From the IMG/VR virus record IMGVR_UViG_3300027782_000047, positions 1 to 64,000 of that record: a DNA stretch of 64,000 nt. One strand, written 5' to 3'. Origin of the DNA: a virus. Each line of letters starts with the position of its first letter. Position 1 is the first letter of the stretch. A program made the translations under genes and the position numbers. The notes under the pieces are model-generated. The model did not search any database. It saw only the letters and a list, made by a program, of their open reading frames with translations, and had not been told where the DNA came from. Positions 1 to 8,025 of this stretch are shown piece after piece.

Positions 1-45
1 TCATCCGTGAGAGAGTAATCTCCTATATCAAGTGTGTTTCTATAT

Positions 46-177
46 GGTTAATGTTATCTGCAGGTAACATCCATGCTGGGGAGTAATTAACCTCAGGAAC
101 TCGTAGTCTTCTAATGGTTAAGAAAGCCCCGCTATAAGGGGCGAATGCAAGTTTCGAAATCTTGCCTACAATGAGTT
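46..177 (+). ncRNA. candidate structured RNA containing a tRNA-like module (103-169) without CCA
   Basis: Hairpins ATGTTATC/GGTAACAT and CTGGGG/CCTCAG. GGTTAAT (46-52) is complementary to ATTAACC (86-92). A cloverleaf follows, with D arm TTCT/AGAA, anticodon-like stem GCCCC/GGGGC, T arm GCAAG-TTTCGAAAT-CTTGC, and closing stems GTAG/CTAC and AACTC/GAGTT. Confidence 0.5.
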
Positions 178-180
178 TGT

Positions 181-300
181 CATATAAAAACATTCTTGAC
201 GGACAGTAACCGCAAAGGCGCGGCCAATGTTCGGTCTCCTGACAGAGGCGAAAGATTCTTTGTGTCAGCATTGAATTAATATTGAGAGTGTTTCTATATG
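181..300 (+). ncRNA. candidate structured ncRNA closed by a long terminal stem
   Basis: CATATAAAAACATTCTT (181-197) pairs with GAGAGTGTTTCTATATG (284-300) with one mismatch. Internal helices are GACGGACA/TGTTCGGTC and CTGACA/TGTCAG, with GCAA and GAAA loops. The 3' arm GTGTTTCTATATG also occurs at 34-46. Confidence 0.55.
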
Positions 301-374
301 CGGGTATGGTGCTAGTGGTAACACAAGACCTTGCCAAGGTTTAGTTGTGGGTTCGATTCCCACTACCCGCTCCA
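300..374 (+). tRNA. tRNA-Gly(GCC)
   Basis: Cloverleaf, anticodon loop TTGCCAA, GTTCGATTC T-loop, encoded CCA. Confidence 0.95.
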
Positions 375-382
375 GATTTTAT

Positions 383-457
383 GTGGTTGTTAGTTTAGTG
401 GTAAAACCGCGGGTTGTGATTCCGCTATCACGGGTTCGATTCCCGTACATCCACCCA
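383..457 (+). tRNA. tRNA-His(GTG)
   Basis: G-1:C73 pair, anticodon arm GCGGG-TTGTGAT-TCCGC, T-loop, CCA. Confidence 0.93.
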
Positions 458-463
458 ACATAT

Positions 464-538
464 GCCTCGTTAACTCAGCGGTAGAGTAACTCCTTTACAC
501 GGAGAAGGTCGGCAGTTCGATCCTGTCACGAGGTACCA
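464..538 (+). tRNA. tRNA-Val(TAC)
   Basis: Anticodon loop TTTACAC, GTTCGATC T-loop, ACCA end. Confidence 0.93.
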
Positions 539-544
539 AATTAT

Positions 545-621
545 GCCCAAGTGACGAAATTGGCAAACGTGTCTCTCTCAAAAGGAGAATTTTGTGGGTT
601 CGAATCCCATCTTGGGTACCA
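545..621 (+). tRNA. tRNA-Leu(CAA), short variable loop
   Basis: Anticodon arm TCTCT-CTCAAAA-GGAGA, Leu-type D arm, ACCA end. Confidence 0.9.
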
Positions 622-622
622 T

Positions 623-696
623 GCTCTCATAGTATAATGGCATTACACATCCTTGGTAAGGATGAAAACCAAGTTCAATTCTTGGTGGGAGCACCA
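623..696 (+). tRNA. tRNA-Thr(GGT)
   Basis: Anticodon arm CATCC-TTGGTAA-GGATG, ACCA end. Confidence 0.93.
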
Positions 697-700
697 ATAA

Positions 701-776
701 GCCTCTTAAGCTAATCTGGTGAAAGCACTGGACTGAAAATCCAGGGAGTCTGGTTCGAAACCAGAAAGAGGCACCA
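701..776 (+). tRNA. tRNA-Phe(GAA)
   Basis: Anticodon arm CTGGA-CTGAAAA-TCCAG, T arm TCTGG-TTCGAAA-CCAGA, ACCA end. Confidence 0.92.
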
Positions 777-781
777 AACAT

Positions 782-858
782 GCGGATGTGATGGAATAGG
801 TATACATATCAGACTTAAAATCTGAGTTCTGTGGGTTCAAGTCCCACCATCCGTACCA
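782..858 (+). tRNA. tRNA-Leu(TAA), short variable loop
   Basis: Anticodon arm TCAGA-CTTAAAA-TCTGA, ACCA end. Confidence 0.9.
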
Positions 859-879
859 ATATAAACTCTACAAATTTAT

Positions 880-954
880 CTGGCGTTCGTTCAATGGACA
901 GGACAGCATTCTTCTAAAGTGCGAATGGGGGTTCGATTCCCTCACGCCAGGCCA
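880..954 (+). tRNA. tRNA-Arg(TCT)
   Basis: Acceptor CTGGCGT/ACGCCAG, anticodon arm GCATT-CTTCTAA-AGTGC, GCCA end. Confidence 0.92.
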
Positions 955-1269
955 TCAATTTTTATTCTCTTTAATTTGCTCTTTTATCACCTTAGAGCAA
1001 TTTGCACCTTTATGGAAGTGCGTATGAAATATTCTCTGTTTGCTTGCATTGTTGCAAGTGTATTCGCAAACCTTTATTTCATTTTCGATTTTCTGATTCG
1101 TTAAATTACAAGTAGCCGTTATCACTTGATACGGCTTTTCTTTTTTGGCCATCTGTGATTGAATGGTTATTGGTACATTCAAATTAATATTCACGGTGTC
1201 AGGAATCATAGGCGCAAGTATAGTGACTGCTGTACCAACTGCTATCAAAACTTTTTGATATTTGTTCAT
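955..1269 (-). CDS. hypothetical secreted or membrane-anchored protein with 4 Cys
   Basis: 104 aa ORF with an N-terminal hydrophobic segment; ATGA overlap with the upstream gene. Confidence 0.7.
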   Translation of the reverse strand: MNKYQKVLIAVGTAVTILAPMIPDTVNINLNVPITIQSQMAKKEKPYQVITATCNLTNQKIENEIKVCEYTCNNASKQRIFHTHFHKGANCSKVIKEQIKENKN

Positions 1270-1412
1270 CTATAGTCTTTGGTATACCACCAAACAACCG
1301 CCAATACGCCAGCGGCTAGTATGATATAAAATAGATAGAGAACTAAAATAAATTTTCCAAAACCTACATTGTCAAATACCCATTCTAAAAATGTGTACTT
1401 ATTTTTCTTCAT
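1266..1412 (-). CDS. small membrane protein (48 aa)
   Basis: Translated by hand: MKKNKYTFLEWVFDNVGFGKFILVLYLFYIILAAGVLAVVWWYTKDYR. Overlaps both neighbours. Confidence 0.7.
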   Translation of the reverse strand: MKKNKYTFLEWVFDNVGFGKFILVLYLFYIILAAGVLAVVWWYTKDYR

Positions 1413-2226
1413 TTGGTGTTATTAGTTTTTTGTTTTGTTCGTAATTTTTTTCATCAAGATATTTGATTGCTTCTAATATTTTTTCGGTTCTTAATTGCTT
1501 TTCTCTTTCCAACTCTTGTTGATATGTTTTTCGTTCCAATTCTGGCCATCTTTTCTTTTTATCAAAATGTATCCAAGTGAACAAAATGCCCATTACAACG
1601 AATACTAGTAATATTGAAGCAAATAAAGCAATTTCAAAACTTAATGTTTCCATTCTTTTTTTTCGTTTTGCGGCCTTGATTGCGTCTTCTTTTTCTTTTA
1701 CCAATCTAGCAACTTTTTGTTCCTGGATAATTTGTCCACGCATTTCTTGAAATCGTGTCCACAAATCTTTTAGGTCTGCTGGTACGTGGTAAATCATTTG
1801 CTCACGCAATTCAACTTCCATCTGTTCAAGTCTGGAACGAATCAATACACGTTGCAATGCTCTACGGCTTAGTGATACATCACCAGTGTAAACTTCTTTG
1901 GACTTCTTTTCTTCTTCATAAAACAATTCTTCAATCTTGTCCATAGCATCAAAGAATGTTCCCAACTGGTCTCCAATGATGGATATAACATCATTAGGAT
2001 CCTTCTCAATATTTGCTCTTACTTCTTTTTTCTTTTGTTCAAACTGCTGACGTTGTTCTTTGGTAGCCGGTTTGTTTTCGTGTTGCTTGTTGAATTGTTT
2101 GTCCAAATCATCAAGCACCCCTTTTACGTCACCGGCGGCACTTTTGATATCCTTGTATAGTTGACATCCTTTCTTTATGGCGGCAACTGCGCCATTGGCA
2201 AGGGCAAGGAGTGTTAGGGGATCCAT
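1399..2226 (-). CDS. helical/coiled-coil membrane protein
   Basis: 275 aa, amphipathic N-terminus MDPLTLLALANGAVAAIKK, one TM helix near aa 195-218. Confidence 0.85.
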   Translation of the reverse strand: MDPLTLLALANGAVAAIKKGCQLYKDIKSAAGDVKGVLDDLDKQFNKQHENKPATKEQRQQFEQKKKEVRANIEKDPNDVISIIGDQLGTFFDAMDKIEELFYEEEKKSKEVYTGDVSLSRRALQRVLIRSRLEQMEVELREQMIYHVPADLKDLWTRFQEMRGQIIQEQKVARLVKEKEDAIKAAKRKKRMETLSFEIALFASILLVFVVMGILFTWIHFDKKKRWPELERKTYQQELEREKQLRTEKILEAIKYLDEKNYEQNKKLITPNEEK

Positions 2227-2268
2227 TTTTTGTTATTGTTGTTTTTTTACTACATAACAAAAAAAGAC

Positions 2269-2297
2269 TTGACATTATTACCTATTTATCGTATACT
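2269..2297 (+). promoter_or_regulatory. early sigma70-type promoter overlapping a divergent late-promoter-like GATAAATA on the minus strand
   Basis: TTGACA-17-TATACT; TATTTATC lies in the spacer. Confidence 0.8.
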
Positions 2298-2325
2298 CTA
2301 TCCATAGATTGAAAAAGGAACGAAA

Positions 2326-2523
2326 ATGTCTTGGATTCTAGAAGGTCAAAAAGTTGCTGGTGAGTACCTCGGTACTCATTCTTTCTCCGGTGTTGTTGTT
2401 GAGAGCCGCGTTAAGTATGGCGGTAAAGTTTCTAATACTATTGTGTTAGATACACCAATTGTGGTGTTTGGCGATATCCGTGAGCGTGTCCTCATGGACA
2501 CGGAAGACTTAATACTTTTGTGA
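2326..2523 (+). CDS. hypothetical early protein
   Basis: 65 aa ORF with AAGGA SD downstream of the promoter. Confidence 0.8.
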   Translation: MSWILEGQKVAGEYLGTHSFSGVVVESRVKYGGKVSNTIVLDTPIVVFGDIRERVLMDTEDLILL

Positions 2524-2526
2524 TAC

Positions 2527-2554
2527 TTGACATTCCTGCCCATTGTGCTATACT
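2527..2554 (+). promoter_or_regulatory. early promoter
   Basis: TTGACA-16-TATACT with extended -10 TG. Confidence 0.8.
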
Positions 2555-2585
2555 GTACCCATAGATTGATTGAAAGAGTTAAGAA

Positions 2586-2858
2586 ATGTCCAAAATGATT
2601 GAATACACCCTCGAAATTTACAAGACTGACAAGCGTACCAAAGAGGGTGTCCGCTTGGTTGAAAAACGTGACTTTGCACCTGTGACCAAAGATTACATTA
2701 ATTCAGTTGCAAACCAATGGTCCGAACTCGGATTCATTGTTAAAGTTTTTGAAACCTATGTCACCCGCAAAAACCTGATGGCTGGTAAAGAATTCCAGGA
2801 ACGATACGACACACCGTATTTTTGTTCTCCCTCCAGTGAATCTTACTGGTCAATGTAA
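2586..2858 (+). CDS. hypothetical early protein
   Basis: 90 aa ORF ending TPYFCSPSSESYWSM. Confidence 0.85.
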   Translation: MSKMIEYTLEIYKTDKRTKEGVRLVEKRDFAPVTKDYINSVANQWSELGFIVKVFETYVTRKNLMAGKEFQERYDTPYFCSPSSESYWSM

Positions 2859-2882
2859 AAATTTTATCAAAGGAGTTTCCAA

Positions 2883-3293
2883 ATGGCTTATATGAACCAA
2901 GAACGTAAGGCAAAAATCAAAGCAAACCTTGATGCCGCATTGAAAGGCACTGGTGTTAAATTTTCGCTGAAATGTTCCAGTCTTTCCATTACTTGCACAA
3001 TCAAGTCCGCACCGATTGACTTTATCGCAAATTCCAACGAGACCTGCGGCAAAGATTTTTATCAAGTGTCCAAAGGTTTCAAACCCAATACGACTGGCTA
3101 CGAACAGGTTAATCCTTATTGGTACCAGGATCATTACTCCGGCAAAGCCAAAGAGTTGATGACCAAAATCGTGAAGGCTATGTACTCTGCCGATTACTAC
3201 GACCGTTCGGATGCCCAAACTGATTATTTTGATACCGCATACTATGCACATGTCAACGTTGGTAGCTGGAACAAACCTTTTATCGTAAAATGA
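2883..3293 (+). CDS. hypothetical early protein
   Basis: 136 aa, AAGGAG SD, C-terminal YDRSDAQTDYFD motif. Confidence 0.85.
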   Translation: MAYMNQERKAKIKANLDAALKGTGVKFSLKCSSLSITCTIKSAPIDFIANSNETCGKDFYQVSKGFKPNTTGYEQVNPYWYQDHYSGKAKELMTKIVKAMYSADYYDRSDAQTDYFDTAYYAHVNVGSWNKPFIVK

Positions 3294-3412
3294 AAAAGTA
3301 CGCCATAGTTCACGAAGGCAAGATTGTTGGAATTTTTAATATTCTTGCCTGTGCAAAAATTTATGCCGCTGGGTTAAAAAATGCTTGCATTCAACAGCTG
3401 GATCTGTTATAA
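3290..3412 (+). CDS. small hypothetical protein (40 aa)
   Basis: ATGA overlap; MKKYAIVHEGKIVGIFN... Confidence 0.5.
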   Translation: MKKYAIVHEGKIVGIFNILACAKIYAAGLKNACIQQLDLL

Positions 3413-3413
3413 T
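3385..3413 (+). promoter_or_regulatory. sigma70-type promoter
   Basis: TTGCAT-17-TATAAT with TG extension. Confidence 0.65.
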
Positions 3414-3432
3414 TGTTTTTTAGGAATTTATT

Positions 3433-3564
3433 ATGTTTGAAAAAAATGAATTTGAATCTTTGATGCTTGATTCTCCCGAAAGTCCTCCTGTAACCGATGA
3501 GGAAATTAATCGCATGGCCGAGTACTTTGGTTACGGTCTGGATCCAGGAAGTGAGTTTGATTAA
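3433..3564 (+). CDS. small acidic hypothetical protein (43 aa)
   Basis: AGGA SD; MFEKNEFESLMLDSPESPP... Confidence 0.6.
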   Translation: MFEKNEFESLMLDSPESPPVTDEEINRMAEYFGYGLDPGSEFD

Positions 3565-3565
3565 A

Positions 3566-3868
3566 ATGCCACAAGGTACTTACATACTAATAACAAGCGA
3601 TGGTTACCGTGTAACGCCATTGAATGACTATGGCAGTTTATTTGACGGCTATATGCCAGACATGTCTAGATATTTAAATACTGATAAAGTAGTTGAAGCC
3701 TTTGGTGAATGTCATGTTTTTAAAACACAATCCGAAGCCATAGAAGTTGCACAATCGTTATCAAAAGCATTCCGAGAAACCGAAGATGGTATTCTTGTGA
3801 TGACAGATTATAGAAAATATTCTTTTCAGGAGTTAAAAGATGGTAAAGCCAGCAAGAGTTCGGATTGA
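3566..3868 (+). CDS. hypothetical protein
   Basis: Start moved to ATG 3566, just after the upstream stop; MPQGTYILITSDGYRV. Confidence 0.75.
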   Translation: MPQGTYILITSDGYRVTPLNDYGSLFDGYMPDMSRYLNTDKVVEAFGECHVFKTQSEAIEVAQSLSKAFRETEDGILVMTDYRKYSFQELKDGKASKSSD

Positions 3869-4883
3869 TGATGAACCACGATTCTCTGAACCAATGTCTA
3901 AACTGGAATTGGTTCATACACTAAATTGGTATCATCAAAATAAAGAATCCAAGGACGCATTAAATTATATAAATTTATACACTAAGAAAAATAAAATTCA
4001 AGGTAAGATTGATACATCCAATGGTATTTTGACCGTTGGATGGTTGTGTCGTTTGGTGCTGAACGGGAATGATATCGGTGATACTGGTCGTGCTTATATC
4101 AAAAAGAATTTATTTTTTGTTGATGATACACCAGCGCCAGTTGTTGTCGTTGATAAAGGTCCGTCTATTCAAGACCGACTAAATGAAAAGATATCGGAGA
4201 TTGCAGGCGACCTTGAAGCGGCAATTGATGAAGTTGTTACCAGTAAATTTAATACCATGCCATCGCCGTTTGCAATTATGCAAGACCGAGCAAAAGGAAT
4301 GCATGCCAATAAATTGGTTGATATTTTCAAAAAACGCCGAAGTGAATTTGATGATGTTCTAAACACAAAAGACGCGGACGTGCGTGAGGGTTATTCCAAC
4401 TTTACAAAGCCGCAGTTGAAAAAGATGGTTGCATATTGCGATACAATTATTACCGATGCGATGAAGATTGCTGGTGAGGCTAAAATAAATCGTAAGCCAC
4501 GAAAACGCAAAGCAAAAACACCGGATCAACTTGTATCCAAAGTCCAGTATTGTGAAAAATTTGATGACTTGAAATTGGTATCAATCAAGCCGAAAGATAT
4601 CATTGGTGCAATGCAGTTATGGGTGTTCAATACCAAAACAAGAAAACTTGGTGTATATCATGCCGATGATGCTGGTGGTTTTGGTGTTAAAGGCACATGC
4701 GTTACAAATTATACGGAATCCAAATCTATAAGTAAGACAGTACGAAAGCCAGGCGAAATGTTGCCAGAAGTATTGAAAGCTGGTAAAATAGCCTTGCGTA
4801 ATGTATTGACTGGTATTGCAACAAAAGAATCTCCGTTAAATGGTAGAATCAATAAAGATATTGTCCTGTTGCGTGTCCTATGA
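3840..4883 (+). CDS. conserved T4-like phage hypothetical protein
   Basis: 347 aa, basic C-terminal domain (LWVFNTKTRKLGVY...NGRINKD), directly upstream of rnh. Confidence 0.85.
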   Translation: MVKPARVRIDDEPRFSEPMSKLELVHTLNWYHQNKESKDALNYINLYTKKNKIQGKIDTSNGILTVGWLCRLVLNGNDIGDTGRAYIKKNLFFVDDTPAPVVVVDKGPSIQDRLNEKISEIAGDLEAAIDEVVTSKFNTMPSPFAIMQDRAKGMHANKLVDIFKKRRSEFDDVLNTKDADVREGYSNFTKPQLKKMVAYCDTIITDAMKIAGEAKINRKPRKRKAKTPDQLVSKVQYCEKFDDLKLVSIKPKDIIGAMQLWVFNTKTRKLGVYHADDAGGFGVKGTCVTNYTESKSISKTVRKPGEMLPEVLKAGKIALRNVLTGIATKESPLNGRINKDIVLLRVL

Positions 4884-4922
4884 TTACCTACCTTTTCTAA
4901 AAACTTATGCTATAATGACCAT

Positions 4923-5762
4923 ATGATTATATTTGACTACAACCAAGTTGTTATTGCTAACTTGATGGAACAAATTGGTTCCTCAAAAACACCTGTTGAA
5001 GAATCTTTGGTTCGCCATATGGTTCTTAATACTATCCGTGCTAACGTGAAGAAATTCCGTGAGTATGGTGAAGTGATTATTGCTTGCGATAATCGCCATT
5101 ACTGGCGCAGAGAAATATTTCCGCCATACAAAGGTCACCGAAAGAAAAATCGTGATGCATCTGGGCATGACTGGACTGCAATTTTTGATTGTATGTCAAA
5201 GATTCGCCAAGAGTTGAAAGACCATTCTCCGTACAAGGTGATTGACATTCATGGCGCCGAAGCTGATGATATTATTGGTGTATTGACACAGGCATATTCT
5301 AAGAATGAAGCCGTATTGATTTTATCATCCGATAAAGACTTTGTTCAATTGCAAATTTATCCGAATGTTAAACAATATTCACCAACAATGAAAAAGTTTA
5401 TTCAAACGAATGATCCAATCAAACAATTGAATGAGTTGATTGTTACTGGCGATAAGGGTGATGGAATTCCAAACATCTTGTCACCTGATACTTGTATCAT
5501 TGATGGCGTTCGGCAAAAATCTGTGACTAAGAAGTTTCTGGAAGAAGTTGCGGAAACTGGCACAAGTAAATTTAATGAAACGCAAATGCGGAATTGGTCG
5601 CGGAACAAACAGTTGATTGATTTGACTATGATTCCTGGACCAATCTCAAAAAACATTATAGATACATACATAGAAACAAAACCAGCAACCCGCCAGCAAT
5701 TTATGAATTACATGATTGCGAATCGACTAAAGAATTTGCTGGAAGTAATTGATGAATTTTAA
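4923..5762 (+). CDS. rnh: T4-like RNase H / 5'-3' exonuclease
   Basis: Motifs IIFDYNQ, WRREIFPPYKGHR, EADDII, SSDKDFVQL, GDKGDGIPN. Confidence 0.93.
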   Translation: MIIFDYNQVVIANLMEQIGSSKTPVEESLVRHMVLNTIRANVKKFREYGEVIIACDNRHYWRREIFPPYKGHRKKNRDASGHDWTAIFDCMSKIRQELKDHSPYKVIDIHGAEADDIIGVLTQAYSKNEAVLILSSDKDFVQLQIYPNVKQYSPTMKKFIQTNDPIKQLNELIVTGDKGDGIPNILSPDTCIIDGVRQKSVTKKFLEEVAETGTSKFNETQMRNWSRNKQLIDLTMIPGPISKNIIDTYIETKPATRQQFMNYMIANRLKNLLEVIDEF

Positions 5763-5771
5763 GGAAAATAA

Positions 5772-6203
5772 ATGAACGATTTGATGTATCACGAAATCTT
5801 TGCTTTGTTTGAAAAAACAGAAAAGAGAGCGGATAAAATTAATGTTTTGCGACAACATGGCGATAAAAATCTCAAAGAGTTTTTGATTGCAGTTTTTAAT
5901 CCGAATGTAATTTTTGATGTAGAGATTCCAGAATATAAACCAGCAAAAGAGCCAGAGGGACTAAACATTCTCTATCTCCACAATGAGATACCTAGATTGT
6001 ACCGATTTATTGCTGGTCATCCACGTAGGGCACAAGGATTGACACCACAAAAACAAATGAGTTTGTTGATTCCTCTATTGGAAGCACTTCACAAAGATGA
6101 GGCTGATTTGCTTGTTAGGGCTATGAAGAAAGATTTGCGTATTCCTTTCCTTACCCCAAAACTAGTCAAAGAGGCTTTTCCAGATATTGATTTAGGAGAT
6201 TGA
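5772..6203 (+). CDS. conserved T4-like hypothetical protein
   Basis: 143 aa with LLEALHKDEA motif, in the usual position downstream of rnh. Confidence 0.8.
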   Translation: MNDLMYHEIFALFEKTEKRADKINVLRQHGDKNLKEFLIAVFNPNVIFDVEIPEYKPAKEPEGLNILYLHNEIPRLYRFIAGHPRRAQGLTPQKQMSLLIPLLEALHKDEADLLVRAMKKDLRIPFLTPKLVKEAFPDIDLGD

Positions 6204-6204
6204 A

Positions 6205-6420
6205 ATGTCTGATGGTGGTAAAGGTAGTAGACCAAGACCATTTAGCGTTACCCAACAAGAATATGATACTCGGTGGGATGCAATTTTTGGTCGTGACTTA
6301 AAAAATGATGAACGTTTGATGGAAATGCCTGGTACGATTGGTGGTGCCAAGCTGATTTTTAAGGATGAAAATGAAAGTAGCGGTAATAACACCGACAATC
6401 GGAACCAAGTATCTCAGTAA
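6205..6420 (+). CDS. small conserved hypothetical protein
   Basis: MSDGGKGSRPRP...YDTRWDAIFG motif. Confidence 0.75.
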   Translation: MSDGGKGSRPRPFSVTQQEYDTRWDAIFGRDLKNDERLMEMPGTIGGAKLIFKDENESSGNNTDNRNQVSQ

Positions 6421-7135
6421 GTGTATTGAATCCGTTGACCGTCAAACATATGATGATTTGACGCATTACGTTTTCATGGATGGTATTCAGTATTGGAAAG
6501 AAATTGATGATATCATTGAAGGTTCTGAAAAAGTCCGTGTAATAAAAATTGAAGAAAATGTAGGCAAAGGATGGTACGGCCATCGTGTTTACTCGGCGTG
6601 TTCATTTTTGGTAAATGCTGATGTAATCATTTACCTTGATGAAGATAATTGGATTGATCCGTGTCACGTTGAAAAACTTGTTAAGGTGATACAAAAAGGA
6701 AATGATTGGGCATATAGCCTTAGAAAGATTTATGATAAAGATGAAAATTTACTATGTGAAGACAATTGCGAAAGTCTTGGAAAGTGGCCTGTTTTCTTTG
6801 ACGAGAAAGTTAACCATATTGATACTTCCAGCTTTGCTATTAAGCGTGATATTGCTGTTCGCATCGGTCATGCATGGTATGGGCAGTGGGGTGCTGATAG
6901 ACAATTTTATCAAGCACTATCAACCCATTTTCCCAATTACGATTGCTCCAATGCACACACTCTATGCTATCGTTTAGATGGCAATCCGAATTCTGTAAAA
7001 GCAGATTTCTTTGAAAGCGGCAACGCTATCAATGCGACAAAATATAATGGAAGTTTCCCATGGAAAAAGAACAAGTTAATGCAAATAGAACCGCGCTCAT
7101 TACCGGTGGGTCAGGTTATCTCGGTTCGCACTTAA
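6365..7135 (+). CDS. glycosyltransferase family 2
   Basis: VAVITPT, CIESVDRQTY, YLDEDN (DxD), WGADRQF. Confidence 0.9.
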   Translation: MKMKVAVITPTIGTKYLSKCIESVDRQTYDDLTHYVFMDGIQYWKEIDDIIEGSEKVRVIKIEENVGKGWYGHRVYSACSFLVNADVIIYLDEDNWIDPCHVEKLVKVIQKGNDWAYSLRKIYDKDENLLCEDNCESLGKWPVFFDEKVNHIDTSSFAIKRDIAVRIGHAWYGQWGADRQFYQALSTHFPNYDCSNAHTLCYRLDGNPNSVKADFFESGNAINATKYNGSFPWKKNKLMQIEPRSLPVGQVISVRT

Positions 7136-8025
7136 GCAAAAAACTAAAGCAACAAGGATGGAAAGTCATCATCCTTGACATAAAAGAACCCACACATTCT
7201 TATGTGGATTCATTTTATTGTGGTGACATTCGGCGAAAGTATTTCCTAGAAAGTATTTTTCAAAATCATTTTGTGGATGTTGTATTCCATCTCGCTGGTC
7301 GGATTGAAGTTGGTGAATCAGTAAAAGATCCTACCGAATTTTGGGAAGTCAATGTTGGCGGAACAGTCTCAGTTTTAAATGCGATGAAAAGAAATGGCGT
7401 GAATACAATCATCTTTTCTTCAACTGCGGGTGTCTATTGGTCAGGTGCAATACAAATACCAGAAGATGAATGCACCACAAGCAACAATCCATACAGTAAT
7501 AGTAAAATGTCCTGTGAATATGCTATTGAAGATTCTGGTATGAATTATGTAATTTTTAGGTATTTCAATCTGGCTGGTGCTGATCCTGACGGAGAAATGG
7601 GTGAAAGCCATGAGCCAGAAACGCATCTAATTCCCAGAATTCTACAAAATCTAAATACGGTTGAAGTGTATGGAAATGACTATGACACACCAGATGGAAC
7701 ATGCGTTAGAGATTATGTCCACGTTTGTGATGTTGTTGATGCACACTTAGAAGCGGTAAAATATCTAGACAATTATGGCGAATCTGGAGTTTTTAATCTA
7801 GGTTCAGGAGTTGGTTATAGTGTTCTTGATGTTATAAAAACAGTTGAAAAAGTAAGCAGTAAAAAAGTAAAATATAACATAGTGCCAAGGAGAGAAGGCG
7901 ATCCAAGTCATTTGGTCGCTGATATCACCAAAGCAAAAACCATTTTGAATTTTAATCCAAAACATGATATATCATCCATCATCAAGTCGGCCTATGAGTG
8001 GGAAGAGATTAGGTCAAACACCTGA
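7060..8025 (+). CDS. galE: UDP-glucose 4-epimerase
   Basis: TGGSGYLGSH, FSSTA, YSNSK, RYFNLAGA, ETHLIP, DGTCVRDYVHV. Confidence 0.95.
   Translation: MEKEQVNANRTALITGGSGYLGSHLSKKLKQQGWKVIILDIKEPTHSYVDSFYCGDIRRKYFLESIFQNHFVDVVFHLAGRIEVGESVKDPTEFWEVNVGGTVSVLNAMKRNGVNTIIFSSTAGVYWSGAIQIPEDECTTSNNPYSNSKMSCEYAIEDSGMNYVIFRYFNLAGADPDGEMGESHEPETHLIPRILQNLNTVEVYGNDYDTPDGTCVRDYVHVCDVVDAHLEAVKYLDNYGESGVFNLGSGVGYSVLDVIKTVEKVSSKKVKYNIVPRREGDPSHLVADITKAKTILNFNPKHDISSIIKSAYEWEEIRSNT

Noticed and set aside
238-268. Hammerhead-like CTGA...GAAA
   Set aside because: The core reads CTGACAGA rather than CTGANGA, and CTGACA is sequestered with TGTCAG.
906-922. Possible amber suppressor (CTA) anticodon
   Set aside because: The stem GCATT/AGTGC centres the loop CT-TCT-AA, so it is Arg(TCT). 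Long genes are uninterrupted in the standard code, so there is no evidence of recoding.
23-1104. ORFs 23-337(-), 578-781(-) and 919-1104(+)
   Set aside because: They overlap tRNA/ncRNA genes or a better antisense gene; shadow ORFs.
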